NCBI GenBank assembly: GCA_963707975.1
Contig: OY970177.1
Location: forward strand, 871,484-935,483
Direction: 5' to 3'
DNA length: 64,000 nt
DNA from: an uncultured Alphaproteobacteria bacterium
GTDB taxonomy: Bacteria; Pseudomonadota; Alphaproteobacteria; Micropepsales; Micropepsaceae
Numbering within the stretch: position 1 is the first letter of the stretch; every line of letters begins with the position of its first letter. This document shows, piece by piece, positions 31,083 to 41,007 of the stretch. The position numbers and the translations under genes were made by a program. Below the pieces are notes generated by a model, which was not told where the DNA came from, did not search any database, and saw nothing but the letters and a program-made list of their open reading frames with translations.

Positions 31083-31114
31083 TATTATTATGCTATGGAT
31101 AATCAGCGCCGGGA

Positions 31115-31675
31115 GTGAGGCTGGGCGTGGAAAGATTCAGTGCTTCACCTCAGCCCAGATCCCGGCGTCGGTATGCATTTGCCGCTGCTGTTGTCGCCCT
31201 TCATGCGGCGTTGGTTACGGGGTTTCTGTTGTACGACAAGCTGCCCTTGCCGCTTCGCGAACCGCAACCTTTGGAGGTGACGTTCCTGCTGAAGCCTTTG
31301 GCTCGCCCGAAGCCGCCACCCGAACCAAAATTCCCCGTGCAGCCAAAAAAGCGCGCGCAGGAAAAATCCAACGCCATTACGTTGCCGCTAACAGACGAAA
31401 CTCTGGGGGCGCTCGGGCGCTATCTCGCCTGCCAGGCCAATTACGAAAATCTCACGCCTGAAGAACGCGAAGCCTGCGCGCAAGCAAAATGGACGCCGCC
31501 CGATGCCGGCACGACACTTATGCTGGGTCTGCAGCTTCCCAGCATCTGGGCCGATGCGCTGGCCAAGCGCAAGGCGCCTATCGTGCCCATGCTGGACGCT
31601 TGCCCGCTTAACACGTCGCCCGAAAACTCCATCCGCCATCAATTGGGCTTGGCTTGTTTTAGCAACAGCAACTAA
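31115..31675 (+). CDS. Hypothetical membrane-anchored protein with Pro/Lys-rich linker
   Basis: One TM helix (YAFAAAVVALHAALVTGFLLY), then a PKPPPEPKFPVQPKK spacer and a Cys-containing C-terminal domain. No family recognised. Confidence 0.45.
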   Translation: MRLGVERFSASPQPRSRRRYAFAAAVVALHAALVTGFLLYDKLPLPLREPQPLEVTFLLKPLARPKPPPEPKFPVQPKKRAQEKSNAITLPLTDETLGALGRYLACQANYENLTPEEREACAQAKWTPPDAGTTLMLGLQLPSIWADALAKRKAPIVPMLDACPLNTSPENSIRHQLGLACFSNSN

Positions 31676-31690
31676 ACGCAAGGAGTAGAC

Positions 31691-32227
31691 ATGCCCGTAT
31701 CCGGAAAACTCGTGAAGGCCAGCCGCGCGATGGCATGGCTTTCGGCGGCCGGCGTGGTGATTGTGCCTTTGGTCACGATTGCGATTTTTCTATTTCCCAG
31801 CGTGGCCGCAGTCATGGATATCAGCATGAGCCATCTGAGCGCGCCCTTGACCAGCGCGGTGCCTCTTGCGAACCGGGTGGGCGCGCTGCTCTGCGAAATC
31901 GTGCCGCTGGCGATTGCTGTGTGGGGCCTTCTTGCGCTCACCCGGCTGTTTCGCCTCTTCGCCAGTGGTGAAGTGTTTTCGGCAGCCTCGCTGCAGGCGT
32001 TAAGCCAGGTGGCGGCGGCCCTGTTCTGGAATGTCGTTGCCGCCTTCCTTGCCGAAGCCCCGATTTCCTATTTCCTCACTGAGGCCAGCCCCGCTCATCG
32101 GGCAATTTCGCTCACGCTGGGCACCGGCGATGTGGAGGTGCTGTTCCTGGCAGGCGTAGCACTCGTCATCGCCCGAGTGATGGCGGAAGCCGCCCGCATG
32201 GCCGACGAAAACGCGAGCTTCGTGTAA
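31691..32227 (+). CDS. DUF2975 family membrane protein
   Basis: Four TM segments and the C-terminal ...AEAARMADENASFV tail typical of DUF2975. It abuts the YozG-type HTH gene, a known gene pair. Confidence 0.7.
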   Translation: MPVSGKLVKASRAMAWLSAAGVVIVPLVTIAIFLFPSVAAVMDISMSHLSAPLTSAVPLANRVGALLCEIVPLAIAVWGLLALTRLFRLFASGEVFSAASLQALSQVAAALFWNVVAAFLAEAPISYFLTEASPAHRAISLTLGTGDVEVLFLAGVALVIARVMAEAARMADENASFV

Positions 32228-32469
32228 TGCCGATCGTCGTCAATCTTGATGTCATGCTGGCCAGGCGCAAGATGCGCTCCAAGGAGCTGGCCGAAACGAT
32301 CGGCATCACCGAGGCCAATTTGTCGCTGCTGAAATCCGGCAAGGTAAAGGGCGTGCGCTTCGACACGCTGGCCAGGATCTGCGAGGCGCTTGGCTGCCAG
32401 CCGGGCGATCTGCTGGAATATCGCGCGGATTCCGCTGCCCGTTCGCGCGAGCCGCGCACGGCTGCGTAA
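32227..32469 (+). CDS. XRE/Cro-family helix-turn-helix regulator (YozG type)
   Basis: MPIVVNLDVMLARRKMRSKELAETIGITEANLSLLKSGKVKGVRFDTLARICEALGCQPGDLLEY is a near-canonical YozG-like sequence. Confidence 0.85.
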   Translation: MPIVVNLDVMLARRKMRSKELAETIGITEANLSLLKSGKVKGVRFDTLARICEALGCQPGDLLEYRADSAARSREPRTAA

Positions 32470-32627
32470 GCGCGCCCTCCCTGTCATTTAGCGGTCACGC
32501 GACTCATCTAAATGGCGGCCATTTGGGCCCGGTACTTGGCGATTGCGCGCCGTCCCGCTAAAGTCTGCGCGCCATTGGGAATGGCCTTTGTTGAAGGAGG
32601 TTTGGTCTTCAGTACTGGGGTGTCGTC

Positions 32628-33188
32628 ATGCTAGCCGCCGAGCGCTCTCCCGAAAGCTGCCCGGCCTTGGTCCTCAACGCGGATTACCGCCCGTTGAGCT
32701 ATTTTCCTTTGTCGCTGTGGAGCTGGCAGGACGCCATCAAGGCGGTCTTCCTCGAACGCGTGAACATCGTAGCCGAGTACGAGCGCACGGTGCACTCGGT
32801 CAGTCTCGAAATGAAAATCCCCTCCGTCGTCTCGCTGAAGACCTATGTGAAGCCCTCGCGCAATCCTGCGTTCACGCGGTTTAATGTGTTCCTGCGCGAT
32901 CGCTTCGAGTGCCAGTATTGCGGCTCATCCGAAGACCTCACCTTCGATCACGTGGTGCCGCGCTCCAAGGGAGGCCACACCACCTGGGACAATGTGGTCA
33001 CGGCGTGCGCGCCCTGCAATCTGCTCAAGGGCGGGCATTATACGCACCGTTCCGGCATGCATCCGATGACGCCGCCGCACAAGCCGACAGTCACCGAGCT
33101 TCGCAACAACGGCCGCCTGTTCCCGCCCAATTACCTGCACGAATCCTGGGCGGACTATCTTTATTGGGACAGCGTGCTGGAAGCGTAG
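32628..33188 (+). CDS. HNH endonuclease family protein
   Basis: CQYCGSSEDLTFDHVVPRSKGGHTTWDNVVTACAPCNLLKG. Confidence 0.85.
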   Translation: MLAAERSPESCPALVLNADYRPLSYFPLSLWSWQDAIKAVFLERVNIVAEYERTVHSVSLEMKIPSVVSLKTYVKPSRNPAFTRFNVFLRDRFECQYCGSSEDLTFDHVVPRSKGGHTTWDNVVTACAPCNLLKGGHYTHRSGMHPMTPPHKPTVTELRNNGRLFPPNYLHESWADYLYWDSVLEA

Positions 33189-33193
33189 ATCGC

Positions 33194-33218
33194 GACGCCA
33201 CGATCGGCGTCAGATTTT
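33194..33218 (+). terminator. Candidate terminator after the HNH gene
   Basis: GACGCC-acgatc-GGCGTC hairpin followed by AGATTTTCT. It overlaps the coq7 stop codon. Confidence 0.4.
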
Positions 33219-33770
33219 CTCCGACAGCCTGATCGCGATTCTGCAACCGAGCTTGATGGCTCGGCTGAGCAACGGATAGCCGGGCGCGCTCTCAGCGCCG
33301 CGCGCCAGCGCCTCGTCGCGGTGGGCAAGTTCTTCCTCGCGGCATTTCTCGATTGTGCGTTTCAGCGCTGGATCGCGGCTGCCCAGCCGCTCGGCTTGGG
33401 CCCCATAATGGGCGTCGATGGTTTCCTCAACAGCCGCTGTGCAGGCCATGGCCGCTTTCTCGCCCAGCAATGCTGTAGCTGCACCCAGCGCGAAGCCGCC
33501 GACATGCCAAAGGGGCGCGAGCGCCGTCGGACGCACTTGGCGCTCGTTGATAAGGTCTTCGAACACAGCAAAATGTGCGCGCTCCTGTTCCGCCATGTGC
33601 CGAATGGCTTTTACATCGGCAGCCGCACGCGGGCGGCGCTTCAGCACCGCGAGTTGGCCTTCATAGATGCGCATGGCGCCATATTCGCCCGCGTGATCGA
33701 CGCGGATCATCTCTTCGCTTTCGGCGCCGGCGATGATGCCGGGGCTGGCGGGGCGTTTGCGTCTGGTCAT
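33210..33770 (-). CDS. coq7: Demethoxyubiquinone hydroxylase (Coq7 family)
   Basis: Di-iron carboxylate ExxH repeats (EQERAHF, EETIDAHY, EEELAHRD) and a VDHAGEYGA N-terminal motif. Confidence 0.88.
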   Translation of the reverse strand: MTRRKRPASPGIIAGAESEEMIRVDHAGEYGAMRIYEGQLAVLKRRPRAAADVKAIRHMAEQERAHFAVFEDLINERQVRPTALAPLWHVGGFALGAATALLGEKAAMACTAAVEETIDAHYGAQAERLGSRDPALKRTIEKCREEELAHRDEALARGAESAPGYPLLSRAIKLGCRIAIRLSEKI

Positions 33771-34261
33771 GACGTTTTCTTTCGCGAGAGAAGGAACAAC
33801 GAAATCGCCGCCACGGCAAACGAGACGATGGCGTTATATCCCGCGAGCGAAATTCCGAAGAGCCGCCACGCCGCCTCGTCGCAGCGCGTCACCGGAACGG
33901 GCTCGAAATTGGCGCCGCTGCTCTGGCCGAAGCTAAAGGTGCAGGCTTGCGGGCCTTCCCACCATTTCCATTCGACGCCCGCGTGATAGACACCAAGCCC
34001 GCCCGCAATCGCGATGGCAAGTATTGCAAGGAGCGCAAGCGCCGTGGCCGCGCGCGCGGGCAACACATTCACTAGCACCAGCAGGCCGCCGCCCAATCCG
34101 ATGATCGCCGCCGCCAGATGCGGCCAGCGCTGCCACATGCACATCTCGCAAGGGGGCAATCCCATTCCGTACTGGAAGGCGAGCGCGCCCAGGAGAAGAC
34201 CTGCGCTGGTACACCCCACGAACAGGGCCGCCGCCAAATCATTCCGCATACGGAGTATCAT
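33767..34261 (-). CDS. Disulfide bond formation protein B family
   Basis: Four TM segments with CEMCMWQRWPH in the first periplasmic loop and a second Cys pair later. Start at an internal Met (MILRMRND...). Confidence 0.75.
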   Translation of the reverse strand: MILRMRNDLAAALFVGCTSAGLLLGALAFQYGMGLPPCEMCMWQRWPHLAAAIIGLGGGLLVLVNVLPARAATALALLAILAIAIAGGLGVYHAGVEWKWWEGPQACTFSFGQSSGANFEPVPVTRCDEAAWRLFGISLAGYNAIVSFAVAAISLFLLSRKKTS

Positions 34262-34550
34262 GAACCGTCCACATAGCCCCTCTTGGCCGGGGCCGTAGCC
34301 TGCCGGGCGGGTTCGTTCACGCCCGCCCGGCAAGTTCGAGAATGGCGCTTTTCCGCGGGCGGGCAAGAGCGTCCAAAATGCCGCACCGCCTTCGGGAGAG
34401 GGGGCAAAAATACCCTCTTTATGGCCGGCCGTGCCCGCGCTTATATCTCGCCCGAGGCATGCCGCTTTTGGGCGGCACGCCTCACCTCAGGCATGGAAAA
34501 ATTGCTATGCGGCGCGCAGCGGTCGCGCGGGCCGCAATCAGGGGAGTCTG

Positions 34551-35303
34551 GTGAAATTCCGCTGGCGTAAGAAAAGGCAACGCGTGAAACGGGCGCTCCT
34601 CAGTATTGATGGGCGCGCAGTCACCATCACGCTCAAGGCCAACCCGCGCGCGCGACGTTACATCGTCAAGGTGCATCCGTCCACCGGCGAGGTGTCGGTG
34701 GTGGCCCCCGATTCGCGCTCGCTTGAGCGCGCGCTCGATTTCGCCCGCGAAGAGCGCGACTGGATTGCGCAGAGGCTCGCCCATGTGCCGAAGCCGGTGC
34801 CGCTAGCGCGCGGCAAGCCCATTATGTTCCGCGGGCAGGAGCATCTGATCCGTCTCGGCGCGCGCGGGCGCAAGCCCGTGTGGATCGATTATCAGGCGCA
34901 CCGCCCAACCATCCGTGTTTCCGGCACGCCGGAAGAAGCGGCGCGCGCGCTGCGCGACTGGCTGAAGCAAGAGGCCAGGCGGCGCATTGAGGAACGGGTA
35001 GCGGAATATGCGCGTATTCTTGGTGTTAAGCCCAAACGCATTATCCTGCGCGACACATCGAGCCGCTGGGGCGCCTGCACGTCGGCGCGCAATCTTTCCT
35101 TTTCGTGGCGGCTGGTGCTGGCGCCGGCCTTCGTACTCGATTACGTGGTGGCACATGAAGTGGCCCATTTGCGCGAGATGAATCATGCGCCGCGCTTTTG
35201 GCGCCTGATCGAATATCTGGTGAACGACATCGAACGCCCGCAGCGCTGGCTCGGCAAAAACGGCGCATTGCTGCACCGTTATGCGTCCAGGCGCCTCGCT
35301 TAG
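34551..35303 (+). CDS. YgjP-like M48-family metal-dependent hydrolase (DUF45)
   Basis: HEVAHLREMNHAPRFW zinc motif. GTG 34551 is preceded by GGGGAG, but the start is uncertain (the ORF is open from 34431). Confidence 0.72.
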   Translation: MKFRWRKKRQRVKRALLSIDGRAVTITLKANPRARRYIVKVHPSTGEVSVVAPDSRSLERALDFAREERDWIAQRLAHVPKPVPLARGKPIMFRGQEHLIRLGARGRKPVWIDYQAHRPTIRVSGTPEEAARALRDWLKQEARRRIEERVAEYARILGVKPKRIILRDTSSRWGACTSARNLSFSWRLVLAPAFVLDYVVAHEVAHLREMNHAPRFWRLIEYLVNDIERPQRWLGKNGALLHRYASRRLA

Positions 35304-37261
35304 TGGAACAGATTGTCCAGCAGCTTGCCGAACTGATCGAGCAGGTCTTTCTTCTTCTCGGCCGATTGCGGGTCGTCGCTGTCGGGCAGGCCGGCCGCGT
35401 CAGCCGAGGCGAGCAACGTGCCTTCGCCCGGCAGCGGGCGTGCCGGCAATCCCGCCTCAGCCTCAGTCATGAAGGCCTTGAAGATGCGCGCAGGCAAGCC
35501 CCCGCCGGTTGCTTTGTGCATCGGGCGGTCGTCGTCATTGCCAATCCACACCCCGCAGATAAGATCGGCAGTGAAGCCCACGAACCAGGCGTCACGATAA
35601 TCCTGCGAGGTGCCGGTCTTGCCGGCCACCGGGCGGTCGCTTAACGCGGCCCCGCGGCCCGTGCCGCTCACCACCGTTTCGCGCAGCATGCCGGTCATCT
35701 CGTTTTCTTGGTCCGCGCCCACTACGCGCCCGATGCCGGAGCCTTTACGGTTGTAAACGATTTTACCCGACGCCGTCTTTATACGGATGATCGCATAGGG
35801 AAGGACGCCATTGCCGTCATCGGCGAAGGCCGCATAGGCCGAGGTGAGATCAATGGGCGTCACTTCCGAGGTGCCGAGCGCCAGCGCCGGCACGGCGTGA
35901 AGCTCCGAGGTAATGCCAAGCCGCTCGGCTACGCGCGCGACCGTGGCCGCGCCCACTTCGTTGGTCAGCTGCACGGCGACCGAATTGGACGACCGCGCCA
36001 GCGCGCGGGAAATGGTGATATCGCCCTCGTATTCATCCTCATAATCCTTGGGCGCCCATTTGCCGATCGAGACAGGGCCATCATGCATGATGTCGTCCGG
36101 CGTGTGACCGTGCTCCAGCGCCGCCAAATAAACGAACGCCTTGAAGGCGGAGCCCGGCTGGCGCAGCGCCTCGGTGGCGCGGTTAAACGGGCTTGCCGCA
36201 TAGGAGCGCCCGCCTACAAGGGCGCGCACCGCGCCGTCTGGCGCCATGGCGACGAGGGCTCCTTCGCTTGCGGAAAGTGCCGCGCCGTCTTTCGCCAGGC
36301 CGTTGACTAGCGCACGTTCGGCCGCCTGCTGCGCGTCGAGGTCGAGCGTGGTTTCGACGATCAGCGGTTCGGAATAACTACCGGCAAAGCCCGGCACCTG
36401 GCTCAGCGCGAAATCAACGAAATAGCCCGACCCCGGCGTTGCCAGATCGTGTTCGATCTTGGGCCTTGTGGCTTCCGCTATGCGCTCGGTTTTCTCATCG
36501 ATGAAGCCGGCCTCCTGCATGGCTGCCAGCACGAGTGACGCCCGCGCCATGGCGCCGTCGGCGTCGTTGGCCGGGTTATAGCGCGCGGGCGCCTTCACGC
36601 TGCCGGCAAGGATCGCGGCTTCTGTCAGCGTCAGCTGCTCCGCGCGCTTGCCGAAGAAACGCTGGGCCGCGGCTTCGATGCCATAGACGCCCGCGCCGAA
36701 ATAAACCCGGTTGAGATAAAGCGTGAGAATCTCATCCTTGGTGTAGCGGCTCTCCAGATAGAGCGCGAGCACAGCTTCCTGTATCTTGCGCTTGAAGGTG
36801 CGCTCGGGCTCAAGAAAGAGATTTTTCGCCAATTGCTGCGTGATAGTGGAGCCGCCTTGCACCACGCTCATGGCCAGAAGATCGGTCCATGCCGCGCGCG
36901 CAAGGCCGATGAAATCGAGCCCGAAATGCGAGCGGAATCTGCGGTCCTCGATGGCGATGAAGGCGTTGCCGACATAAGCGGGAAGCTCGCCCACATGCAC
37001 AAAATCGCCCTGGGTGAAGCCGCGCCTTGTGATGGTGCGGCCCTTGTCGTCCAACAGCGTCACATCATGCGTAGGCGCATAGGCGAGAAGGCCAGCCGTT
37101 TCGGGCAGTTCCGACAGCCAGTGCGACAATACGAGGCCGCCCGCCAGCACCGTCCACACTGCTGCGATCACCAGCGTATAACGCAGCAAGCTTTGACGCC
37201 TGGGCTTGGCGCGCTTGGTGCGCATCTTGAGGCGTGAATGGCGGCGGCCAGTTTTAGGCAT
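35300..37261 (-). CDS. Bifunctional class A penicillin-binding protein (PBP1A family)
   Basis: Glycosyltransferase motifs EDRRFRSHFG and GGSTITQQLAKN. Transpeptidase motifs SAFK and KTGT. Confidence 0.9.
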   Translation of the reverse strand: MPKTGRRHSRLKMRTKRAKPRRQSLLRYTLVIAAVWTVLAGGLVLSHWLSELPETAGLLAYAPTHDVTLLDDKGRTITRRGFTQGDFVHVGELPAYVGNAFIAIEDRRFRSHFGLDFIGLARAAWTDLLAMSVVQGGSTITQQLAKNLFLEPERTFKRKIQEAVLALYLESRYTKDEILTLYLNRVYFGAGVYGIEAAAQRFFGKRAEQLTLTEAAILAGSVKAPARYNPANDADGAMARASLVLAAMQEAGFIDEKTERIAEATRPKIEHDLATPGSGYFVDFALSQVPGFAGSYSEPLIVETTLDLDAQQAAERALVNGLAKDGAALSASEGALVAMAPDGAVRALVGGRSYAASPFNRATEALRQPGSAFKAFVYLAALEHGHTPDDIMHDGPVSIGKWAPKDYEDEYEGDITISRALARSSNSVAVQLTNEVGAATVARVAERLGITSELHAVPALALGTSEVTPIDLTSAYAAFADDGNGVLPYAIIRIKTASGKIVYNRKGSGIGRVVGADQENEMTGMLRETVVSGTGRGAALSDRPVAGKTGTSQDYRDAWFVGFTADLICGVWIGNDDDRPMHKATGGGLPARIFKAFMTEAEAGLPARPLPGEGTLLASADAAGLPDSDDPQSAEKKKDLLDQFGKLLDNLFH

Positions 37262-37346
37262 GAACCCTCGCTTCCGAGGGTCTTAGCGGTCAAGAGTTAA
37301 CGCGCGTTAAACAGTGAAAGCACGGTGCTTGGCGGCAGAAACATCA

Positions 37347-37370
37347 GCGGCCGTCTTTTCAGGCGGCCGC
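37347..37370 (-). terminator. Candidate terminator after the GIN-domain gene
   Basis: GCGGCCG / CGGCCGC 7-bp stem ~25 nt past the stop. The downstream minus strand is only moderately T-rich. Confidence 0.3.
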
Positions 37371-37391
37371 CGCGCGCTCGAGGTGGCGGAC

Positions 37392-38366
37392 TTAATTACT
37401 GCTGCCGATTTTGACGTGGCTCATGCCTTCGGTGTTGAGCTTGCCGCGATAAGATTTGAGCGTGACATCGCCCGAACCCATGGTCGTGATTGAGGGATCG
37501 ACCGCTTCGCCGCCGAAAATGAAGTCGCCGGCACCGACGATCTCGACTTTCAGCGGATTAGCCTCGCCAGTGTCGATCTTGACATTGCCGGAACCCGCGG
37601 TCTCGACGCTGGTTGGGCCGTTGACGCTGGCCACCGTGACATCGCCCGCGCCCGCGATCTCGACTCTGAGCCCGCCAAGCACGGGGCCGAGATGCGCATC
37701 GCCCGAGCCGCCGATTTCGACCGAGGCCTTGGCCGAGGCGCCCGCAGTGACATCGCCCGAACCCGCGATCTCGATTTTGAGATCCTGCTGCACAGTGCCG
37801 ATATTGATCTTGCCTTCGCCGGCAAGCTCGATTTCGGCGCGTGTGACATTGCCGACAGTGCCCTGGGCATTTGCCACGTCGAGCTTCACCGGGCCATCAA
37901 GATCGCCTACCGTGAAGTCTCCCACGAAGTCATCCATTGTCAGGCTGGTGCCCTTGGGCGCAGTGATTTGCAGCTTGATCTTGTCGTGATGCTCGTTGGT
38001 TTTGAAATCGAACCAGTCGTGCCAGTTCCAAACATGATGCCCCAAGTGTTCTTCGCTAATGCGCAATAAGCCGCTGTCGGACGTGGTGCGCACAGTATCC
38101 AGAACCTGTTTGGGCCCGGACATGGCGAGAATTACCGGCCCGTGATCGCTCACGGTCACGGTGACAGAGCCATATACGTCGCTGATCTCGACCGCCTTGA
38201 CGTTGAAAATGGGAGAGGGAGGCGTGGGCAGGGCGGGCTGGTTTGCAACCTTGGAGGGCGCAGGAGGCGCAGGCGGCGTATTTTTTGCCGCTGTCGAGGC
38301 CAGCGAATTGCCTATCGCGGCCAGGGCCAGAAACGAGACGCAGCCCAGAAGCAATGTGCGGGACAT
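37392..38366 (-). CDS. Head GIN domain (DUF2807) secreted protein
   Basis: Signal peptide, then repeated beta-solenoid units (IEIAGSGDVTAG, VEIGGSGDAHLG, VEIAGAGDVTVA, VETAGSGNVKID, VEIVGAGDFIFG, TTMGSGDVTLK). SD AAGGAG lies 7 nt upstream of ATG 38366. Confidence 0.68.
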   Translation of the reverse strand: MSRTLLLGCVSFLALAAIGNSLASTAAKNTPPAPPAPSKVANQPALPTPPSPIFNVKAVEISDVYGSVTVTVSDHGPVILAMSGPKQVLDTVRTTSDSGLLRISEEHLGHHVWNWHDWFDFKTNEHHDKIKLQITAPKGTSLTMDDFVGDFTVGDLDGPVKLDVANAQGTVGNVTRAEIELAGEGKINIGTVQQDLKIEIAGSGDVTAGASAKASVEIGGSGDAHLGPVLGGLRVEIAGAGDVTVASVNGPTSVETAGSGNVKIDTGEANPLKVEIVGAGDFIFGGEAVDPSITTMGSGDVTLKSYRGKLNTEGMSHVKIGSSN

Positions 38367-38485
38367 GGTTATCTCCTTATTCATTCTTGGCCGTAGGCGC
38401 CTTCAGGCGTTTCGGGCATGGCTCACGCCTGTTTAATCCTGCCTGGTTACCAAGCAAGCCAGCACGGTTTCACTTTCCCGTCATG

Positions 38486-39166
38486 TCAGGTCAAAAGGCG
38501 GTAGCCCTTGGCCTCGGTCACCAAGATTTGAGCGGCGCCCGGCTCCTGCTCGATTTTCTGGCGCAACCGGTAGATGTGGGTTTCCAGCGTATGGGTGGTG
38601 ACGGCGGGGTTATAGCCCCATACCTCGTGCAGCAACACTTCGCGGCTCACCACATCGCCCGCGCGATGGAGAAATTTCAGGATGTTGGTTTCCTTCTCGG
38701 TCAAGCGAATCTTTTTGCCTGAGCCATCCACCAGCATCTTGGCGCTGGGGCGAAAGGTGTACGGCCCAAGCGTATAAACCGCTTCCTCGCTCAATTCGTG
38801 GCTGCGCAAATGCGCGTGCACACGCGCGATCAGCACGCCATAGCGGAACGGCTTGGTGATGTAGTCGTTGGCGCCCGATTCCAGGCCCTCGATGGTGTCT
38901 TCGTCGGTATCGGACGCGGTCAGCATCAGAATGGGGCAGGTGGTGCCCGCGTCGCGCAGCTCGCGGCAAAGCTTGCGCCCGTCGCCGTCGGGCAGCGACA
39001 CGTCCAGCACCATGAACTCGTAGAGGCCCTCGCGCGCTTGCGCGCGGCCATGGGTGACGTTGGCGGCCTCGACGGGTTCGTAACCCTCGGCGCGCAATTG
39101 CTCGGCCAGCGAATTGCGCAGCATCTCGTCGTCGTCCACGAGAAGAACGCGTTTGGCGCTCGGCAT
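38486..39166 (-). CDS. OmpR-family response regulator transcription factor
   Basis: Receiver domain (VLLVDDDE...MVLDVSLPDGDG...MLTA) plus a winged-helix output domain (...RLTEKETNILKFL...YRLRQKIE). Confidence 0.9.
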   Translation of the reverse strand: MPSAKRVLLVDDDEMLRNSLAEQLRAEGYEPVEAANVTHGRAQAREGLYEFMVLDVSLPDGDGRKLCRELRDAGTTCPILMLTASDTDEDTIEGLESGANDYITKPFRYGVLIARVHAHLRSHELSEEAVYTLGPYTFRPSAKMLVDGSGKKIRLTEKETNILKFLHRAGDVVSREVLLHEVWGYNPAVTTHTLETHIYRLRQKIEQEPGAAQILVTEAKGYRLLT

Positions 39167-39367
39167 CGGTTCCGTCTCCTTCGCGCGGGGGTTGGGGCTG
39201 CGCGATTTGGCAGGCCGCGCACATTATCCGGTTTTGCGCTTGCCCGGTATGCCGGGAGCCATGACGGCTTGGCCCCTCGCGCGTCAAGAGGGAAGCGCTC
39301 ACCATTGCGCGAGCGGACGCGCGAAGGCGGCGCTGACAGCGCGCCCGGCTTGCTTTAACTTTGTCTT

Positions 39368-39874
39368 ATGGATCTCACCGTCAAACGCGATGGCGCGCGC
39401 TATGAGCTCGATTGGGGAGCGGGGCCTCGCGCTTGCGCAGTGGGTAAGGGCGGTGTCGGCGACAAGCACGCCGAGGGCGACGGCATCACGCCCAAGGGCG
39501 CGTGGGCGCTACGCCGAGTGCTTTACCGCCCGGACCGGCTGGATGCGCCTAAGACCATCCTTCCCGTGGTGCAAATCGAAGAAGAAGACGGCTGGTGCGA
39601 CGCGCCTTCGGACGTGAATTACAACAAACTGGTGCAGCTCCCTTACCCCGCGCATGCGGAAAAAATCTGGCGCGAGGACGGGCTGTACGACGTGGTGGTA
39701 GTGATAGGCTACAATGATGCGCCCGTGGTGAAAGGCAAGGGCAGCGCGATTTTTCTTCACGTGGCGAAAAAGGATTACGCGCCGACCGAAGGCTGCGTGG
39801 CGGTGGCGCGCGACGATCTGCTGGCGGCGCTGGCGCAATTGAAACGCGGCGAGCGCATCCGCATCGAGTCCTGA
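39368..39874 (+). CDS. L,D-transpeptidase catalytic-domain family protein
   Basis: YkuD-type active site GSAIFLHVAKKDYAPTEGCVAV. 168 aa with no obvious signal peptide. Confidence 0.72.
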   Translation: MDLTVKRDGARYELDWGAGPRACAVGKGGVGDKHAEGDGITPKGAWALRRVLYRPDRLDAPKTILPVVQIEEEDGWCDAPSDVNYNKLVQLPYPAHAEKIWREDGLYDVVVVIGYNDAPVVKGKGSAIFLHVAKKDYAPTEGCVAVARDDLLAALAQLKRGERIRIES

Positions 39875-39897
39875 ATGGTTAGCGTGAGGGGGAGACA

Positions 39898-41007
39898 ATG
39901 AACCGGAGAGATGTGCTTGTCGCGGCAGGCGCGGTTGCGCTCGGCGCCGCATCGAAATCCGTGGCCGCCGATGGCGGCGATATTTCGCCCGAGGCGCATG
40001 CGCTTTACGAGCGCGTCCTAGTCTTCGACGCCAATCTCTCGCCTCCCGCGCAGGATACGCTGCCCTTCCCGCAGGAACTGCTAGACATGGCTCGCAATTC
40101 CGGCGTCACCGCGATGAAGACCTCGCTCGGCGGCACCGACAACAATTTCGAGGCAACCATCGCCGAAATCGCTTTTAGCCAACGCGTCATCGAGACCTAT
40201 CCCGGTGATTACATGCAGGTGCGCGAGGCCTCCGACTTCGCCAAATGTAAGGCCGAAAAGCGCACCGGCGTGATCTTCTCGTTCGAATCGGTCGAGATGC
40301 TGGAAGGCAAGCTCGAACGCATCAGTCTGTTCCGCAATCTGGGAGTGCGCGTGATGCAGCTCTCCTACAACAAGGCCTCGCCCTTCGGCGCGGGCGTGCT
40401 GGCCGATCCGCCCACCGGGCTGACCGAGCTCGGCCACAAGGCCGTCGATTTGATGAACAAGGAAGGCGTCGCCATCGACATCAGCCACGCCAACCTGGCC
40501 ACCTCGTTCGACGTGATGAAAGCATCGGCAAGGCCCTCGCTCATCACCCATGCCGGGTGCGCCGCCATTTACAATCATCCCCGCAACAAAAGCGACCGGC
40601 TCCTGCGCGCGGTGGCGCAGCAGGGCGGCGTGGTCGGCATCTACGATCTTCCATATCTCACGCCGAGCCCCAAACAGCCCACGCTCGACGATTACATGCG
40701 GCATATGATTCATGCGTTGAAAGTCTGCGGCGAAGATCACGTCGGCATAGGCAGCGACAGCAGCCTTGCCCCTTGGGACACTTCGCTCAAAGGCATGGAG
40801 GAATTCAGGAAGGACGTCGAACACCGCAAAGCCATCGGCGTGTCTGCGCCTGGTGAGGACCGGCCCATATATGTGATCGGGCTGAATACGCCCCGGCGCT
40901 CGGAGGTGATCGCGGATGCGCTTCTGAAGCGCGGTTACCCGCCTCGCGTCGCCGAAAAAGTTTTGGGCGCCAATTTCATTGACGCGTTGACGCGCATTTG
41001 GGCTTAA
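39898..41007 (+). CDS. Membrane dipeptidase (peptidase M19) with Tat-type signal
   Basis: N-terminus MNRRDVLVAAGAVALGAAS, M19 motifs (VFDANL..., GVRVMQLSYN, DISHAN, GIGSD). Confidence 0.85.
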   Translation: MNRRDVLVAAGAVALGAASKSVAADGGDISPEAHALYERVLVFDANLSPPAQDTLPFPQELLDMARNSGVTAMKTSLGGTDNNFEATIAEIAFSQRVIETYPGDYMQVREASDFAKCKAEKRTGVIFSFESVEMLEGKLERISLFRNLGVRVMQLSYNKASPFGAGVLADPPTGLTELGHKAVDLMNKEGVAIDISHANLATSFDVMKASARPSLITHAGCAAIYNHPRNKSDRLLRAVAQQGGVVGIYDLPYLTPSPKQPTLDDYMRHMIHALKVCGEDHVGIGSDSSLAPWDTSLKGMEEFRKDVEHRKAIGVSAPGEDRPIYVIGLNTPRRSEVIADALLKRGYPPRVAEKVLGANFIDALTRIWA

